From an uncultured Eubacteriales bacterium (lineage in GTDB: Bacteria; Bacillota; Clostridia; Monoglobales; Monoglobaceae), in contig UQOT01000002.1 in NCBI GenBank assembly GCA_900542675.1, positions 11,286-75,285 of the forward strand: a stretch of DNA of 64,000 nt, read 5' to 3'. Below the pieces are notes generated by a model. That model searched no databases and was not told the origin of the DNA. It saw nothing but the letters and a program-made list of their open reading frames with translations. The translations under genes and the position numbers were made by a program. Below, one piece after another: positions 60,861 through 64,000 of the stretch (within the stretch, counting starts at the first letter, position 1; the number at the start of each line of letters is the position of its first letter).

Positions 60861-62951
60861 CTACGATTTAGCTTTATCGGTCTTCTTCGCCGCCGTGGTT
60901 TTCTTTGCGGCAGGCTTCTTTGCCGCTGTAGTCTTTTTGGTTGTCGTTTTCTTTGCAGCCGGTTTTTCGGCGCCCACAACCTTGGTAGTCTTTCTTGTAC
61001 GCTTAGTAAGCGGCGACTTTTTAAGATAAAGCGCTGTGAGCGGCGGCAGAACTATGTCAACCGAATACTCAAACTCATCACAGGGTATATTCTTTGTATG
61101 ATAAACCTTTGTGCCGCTTCCGTCTCCGCCATATTTCTTGTCATTGCTGTTTAAAACAACGGTATAATCTCCCGGCTCGGGTACGCCCACGGTATAAAGT
61201 GCGTGACCTATAGGCGTAAAGTTCAGGACGACCATAATTTCCTCTTTCTCATCCTCGCTGCGTCTTAAATACGCTAAAACGCTGTTGTCCGCATCGCTTG
61301 CCTTAAGCCACTTAAAGCCCTTCCACTCGCCCTGCTCGCGCTCTATCTCGTAGAACGAACGGTGCTCCTGATAGAAGCGTCCGAGTTCTGATGAGAACTT
61401 AGCCATACCGCGGTGAAGCTCATATTCGTCAAGCATCCAGTCGAGCTGTTCGGCAAAACGCCACTCAACAAACTGACCAAACTCGCCGCCCATAAACAAG
61501 AGCTTCTTGCCCGGGTGCGAATACATAAACGCATACAAAAGCCGCAGCTCCGCGAACTTCTCCTCATACGTTCCCCACATCTTATCGATAAGGCTGCGCT
61601 TACCGTGTACAACCTCATCATGCGAGAGCGCCAAAATATAATTCTCTGCAAACGCGTACATCATAGGGAAGGTAAGCTTACTATGGTTACCCTTTCTGAA
61701 ATACGGGTCGCACTGCATATAATCAAGCACATCGTGCATCCAGCCCATATTCCACTTAAAGTTAAATCCGAGACCGCCCTCATGCGCCGGTGCGGTAACT
61801 CCGCCCCACGCAGTGGACTCCTCCGCAATCATCATAACGTTAGGCAATCTCTCGAACACAGCCATATTGAGCTTTTGCAGGAACTCAATCGCCTCAAGAT
61901 TTTCCTTGCCGCCGTACTTATTCGGCAGCCATTCGCCTTCACGTCTATTATAGTCCAAATAAAGCATACTTGACACCGCGTCAACGCGCAGCCCGTCAAA
62001 GTGGTATTCCATAAGCCAAAACAGAGCGTTTGATATAAGGAACGACCAAATCTCGGTCTTTGTCCAGTCAAACACCAACGTGCCCCATTCCTTATGCTCG
62101 CCGCGGCGGCTGTCGGGATGCTCATACAAACACTCGCCGTCAAACTTCGCAAGAGCATATGCGTCGCGCGGAAAGTGCGCGGGCACCCAGTCCATAATTA
62201 CTCCGATGCCGTTTTCGTGACACATATCTATAAAATACTTGAGCTCGGTCGGCTGACCGAAACGGCTGTTCGCGCTGTAATAGCCCGTTACCTGATATCC
62301 CCACGAGCCGTCAAACGGATATTCCGCAAGCGGCATAACCTCAATGTGAGTGTAGCCAAGCTTTTTCACATACGGAATAAGTTCGTCCGCCATTTCGCGG
62401 TAAGTGAGATATGTGCCGTCCTCGTGCGTTTTCCACGACGCGAAGTGCATCTCGTAAATATTTATCGGCGCGTTATACGGCGGCGTCTTGCTGCGCTTTT
62501 CAATCCACTCCTCATCGCCCCACTCATATGTGAGATCCGCCGTGATTGAAGCGTTGGCGGGCCTGATCTCGCTGTAGAACGCATACGGGTCTGCCTTTAA
62601 AATTATATCGCCGCGAAACGTTTCAATACTGTATTTGTAGCACTGCCCCGGCTCAACACCCTCGATAAAAACCTCCCAGATGCCCGAGTTCATATGCTTA
62701 TACATTCTGCCCTTATTTCTGTCCCATCCGTTGCCGTCACAGACAACCGAAACACTCTTCGCGTGCGGCGCCCAAACAGCAAACAGATATCCGTCCTTCC
62801 CCGCGAACGATTTGCCGCGGTGTGCGCCGAGCATACGGTACGCCTCATAGTTAACGCCCTGATTAAACAAGTACATAGGCGCGTCATCTATATAAGTACC
62901 GGCCTCTCTCTTTAAGTTATTATCATCTCTGTAATCATTAAAGTCTCTCAT
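60861..62951 (-). CDS. glgB: 1,4-alpha-glucan branching enzyme
   Basis: FAVWAP, SWGYQ, DWVPAHF, DGLRVDAV, AEEST, SHDEVVHGK. Confidence 0.98.
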   Translation of the reverse strand: MRDFNDYRDDNNLKREAGTYIDDAPMYLFNQGVNYEAYRMLGAHRGKSFAGKDGYLFAVWAPHAKSVSVVCDGNGWDRNKGRMYKHMNSGIWEVFIEGVEPGQCYKYSIETFRGDIILKADPYAFYSEIRPANASITADLTYEWGDEEWIEKRSKTPPYNAPINIYEMHFASWKTHEDGTYLTYREMADELIPYVKKLGYTHIEVMPLAEYPFDGSWGYQVTGYYSANSRFGQPTELKYFIDMCHENGIGVIMDWVPAHFPRDAYALAKFDGECLYEHPDSRRGEHKEWGTLVFDWTKTEIWSFLISNALFWLMEYHFDGLRVDAVSSMLYLDYNRREGEWLPNKYGGKENLEAIEFLQKLNMAVFERLPNVMMIAEESTAWGGVTAPAHEGGLGFNFKWNMGWMHDVLDYMQCDPYFRKGNHSKLTFPMMYAFAENYILALSHDEVVHGKRSLIDKMWGTYEEKFAELRLLYAFMYSHPGKKLLFMGGEFGQFVEWRFAEQLDWMLDEYELHRGMAKFSSELGRFYQEHRSFYEIEREQGEWKGFKWLKASDADNSVLAYLRRSEDEKEEIMVVLNFTPIGHALYTVGVPEPGDYTVVLNSNDKKYGGDGSGTKVYHTKNIPCDEFEYSVDIVLPPLTALYLKKSPLTKRTRKTTKVVGAEKPAAKKTTTKKTTAAKKPAAKKTTAAKKTDKAKS

Positions 62952-63136
62952 TGCCGTCTCCTAATTACTTTATTCCTATGTTAATTTTAACAATAACATT
63001 GTACCATAAATACTAATTTTTGTCTATTTTAAATACAGAGAAAACTGCACAAATTATGCAGTTATTTTTTGTACGCATTGTTCAATTATACGCTGTATTT
63101 GATTAAAAGTTTGTCGAATTTGCCGCAAAATAAAAT

Positions 63137-63976
63137 TTACTTTCGCATATCCTCAATATTCTTAAGAACACGCCTTAAATCCGCATCATAACGGACTTTT
63201 CGCAATGCTTTGCATATCATTTTCCGCCGCAGCGCATCAAATTCCATAAGCTGCGGACGGTCCGCTGTAATCCTAAGCTCCGCGTCTCTTGAGGTGAGCG
63301 ACATATCGTGAAACCTGTACAAATAAAACGGTTCATCGAATACCGTATGTATAATATCAAATACCTCATTCATACGCATCCAGTAGTCGTAATCCTCTAT
63401 TCCAAAACAGCTCTCCGAATATTCGCCTATAAACTCCGCGGCGGACGCGCGGTACATAAACGCCGCACCGATTGTGTTGTTCGCCTCAATATTTAACCGG
63501 GCGGTGCTCCTCGGCAGCATTACATTTCCGCTCAGAGGCGGAAACTCGTACCACCCCTTGCCGCGCAGGATTTTTCCGTCATTGTCAATCAGCCGTATAT
63601 TTCCGTAAACCATAGCCGCATTACTTCGGCGAACAAGCTCTGCCCTCATCTTTTCGAGAAACTTAGGCTTCATAATATTATCGTGGCTTATCCATGTATA
63701 AAACTCGCCCGTTGCCGCCCTAAATCCCGTATTTAAGGCTGCGGGCAGCTTTTTGTTTTCGCCGTGGCAAATAAGCGTAACGCGCTCATCGACTGCCGCA
63801 AATTTTTTCGCAATCTCCCGGCTTCCGTCACGGGAACCGTCGTCTACTATAATAAGCTCAAAATCGGCACAAGTCTGTGAAAGTACCGAGCGTACCGCCG
63901 TTTCGAGATATTTTTCTCCGTTATAAACCGGCAGCACAACCGAAATAAACCCGCTTTCCCCTGCGGGCGCGAGCAT
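63137..63976 (-). CDS. Glycosyltransferase family 2
   Basis: ISVVLPVYNGE, VDDGS.D, ALNTGF, WISHDN, EDYDYW. Confidence 0.9.
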   Translation of the reverse strand: MLAPAGESGFISVVLPVYNGEKYLETAVRSVLSQTCADFELIIVDDGSRDGSREIAKKFAAVDERVTLICHGENKKLPAALNTGFRAATGEFYTWISHDNIMKPKFLEKMRAELVRRSNAAMVYGNIRLIDNDGKILRGKGWYEFPPLSGNVMLPRSTARLNIEANNTIGAAFMYRASAAEFIGEYSESCFGIEDYDYWMRMNEVFDIIHTVFDEPFYLYRFHDMSLTSRDAELRITADRPQLMEFDALRRKMICKALRKVRYDADLRRVLKNIEDMRK

Positions 63977-64000
63977 ATTAATATTAATTTTTCTTTTGAC

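Overview
A 64-kb chromosomal window from a Clostridia (Bacillota) bacterium; the lineage is inferred from SLH and copper-amine-oxidase N-terminal surface proteins, the glgBCDA order, rpsD inside the alpha operon and strong Shine-Dalgarno sites. Most of it is housekeeping: the S10-spc-alpha ribosomal superoperon (rpsJ to rplQ, minus strand), tRNA-Thr(CGT), fruRKA-ptsH-ptsI, a WalR-like regulator plus rlmH, a P-type ATPase under a yybP-ykoY riboswitch, ftsH, ruvC, ilvD, nadE, ttcA, galU and glgBCDA. The most striking element is a compact, intact six-gene module at 44872-50725 of phage structural-type genes: scaffold-like protein, N4-gp56-type major capsid protein, small capsid-associated protein, and adaptor-, nozzle- and ejection-like proteins. 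No terminase, portal, integrase, replication or lysis gene is recognisable in the window, so it is a candidate domesticated virion-like or gene-transfer-agent-like system. An unannotated type I toxin-antitoxin locus sits beside it. Other points of interest are a structured attenuator-like leader at 1044-1205, three orphan promoter-terminator units (candidate sRNAs), a dispersed heptamer-headed repeat in three copies, an unknown three-gene operon, an S-layer gene broken by one in-frame stop, a possibly frameshifted RelE toxin and a histone-H1-like tail on GlgB. All family assignments come from reading motifs by eye; no database searches were run.
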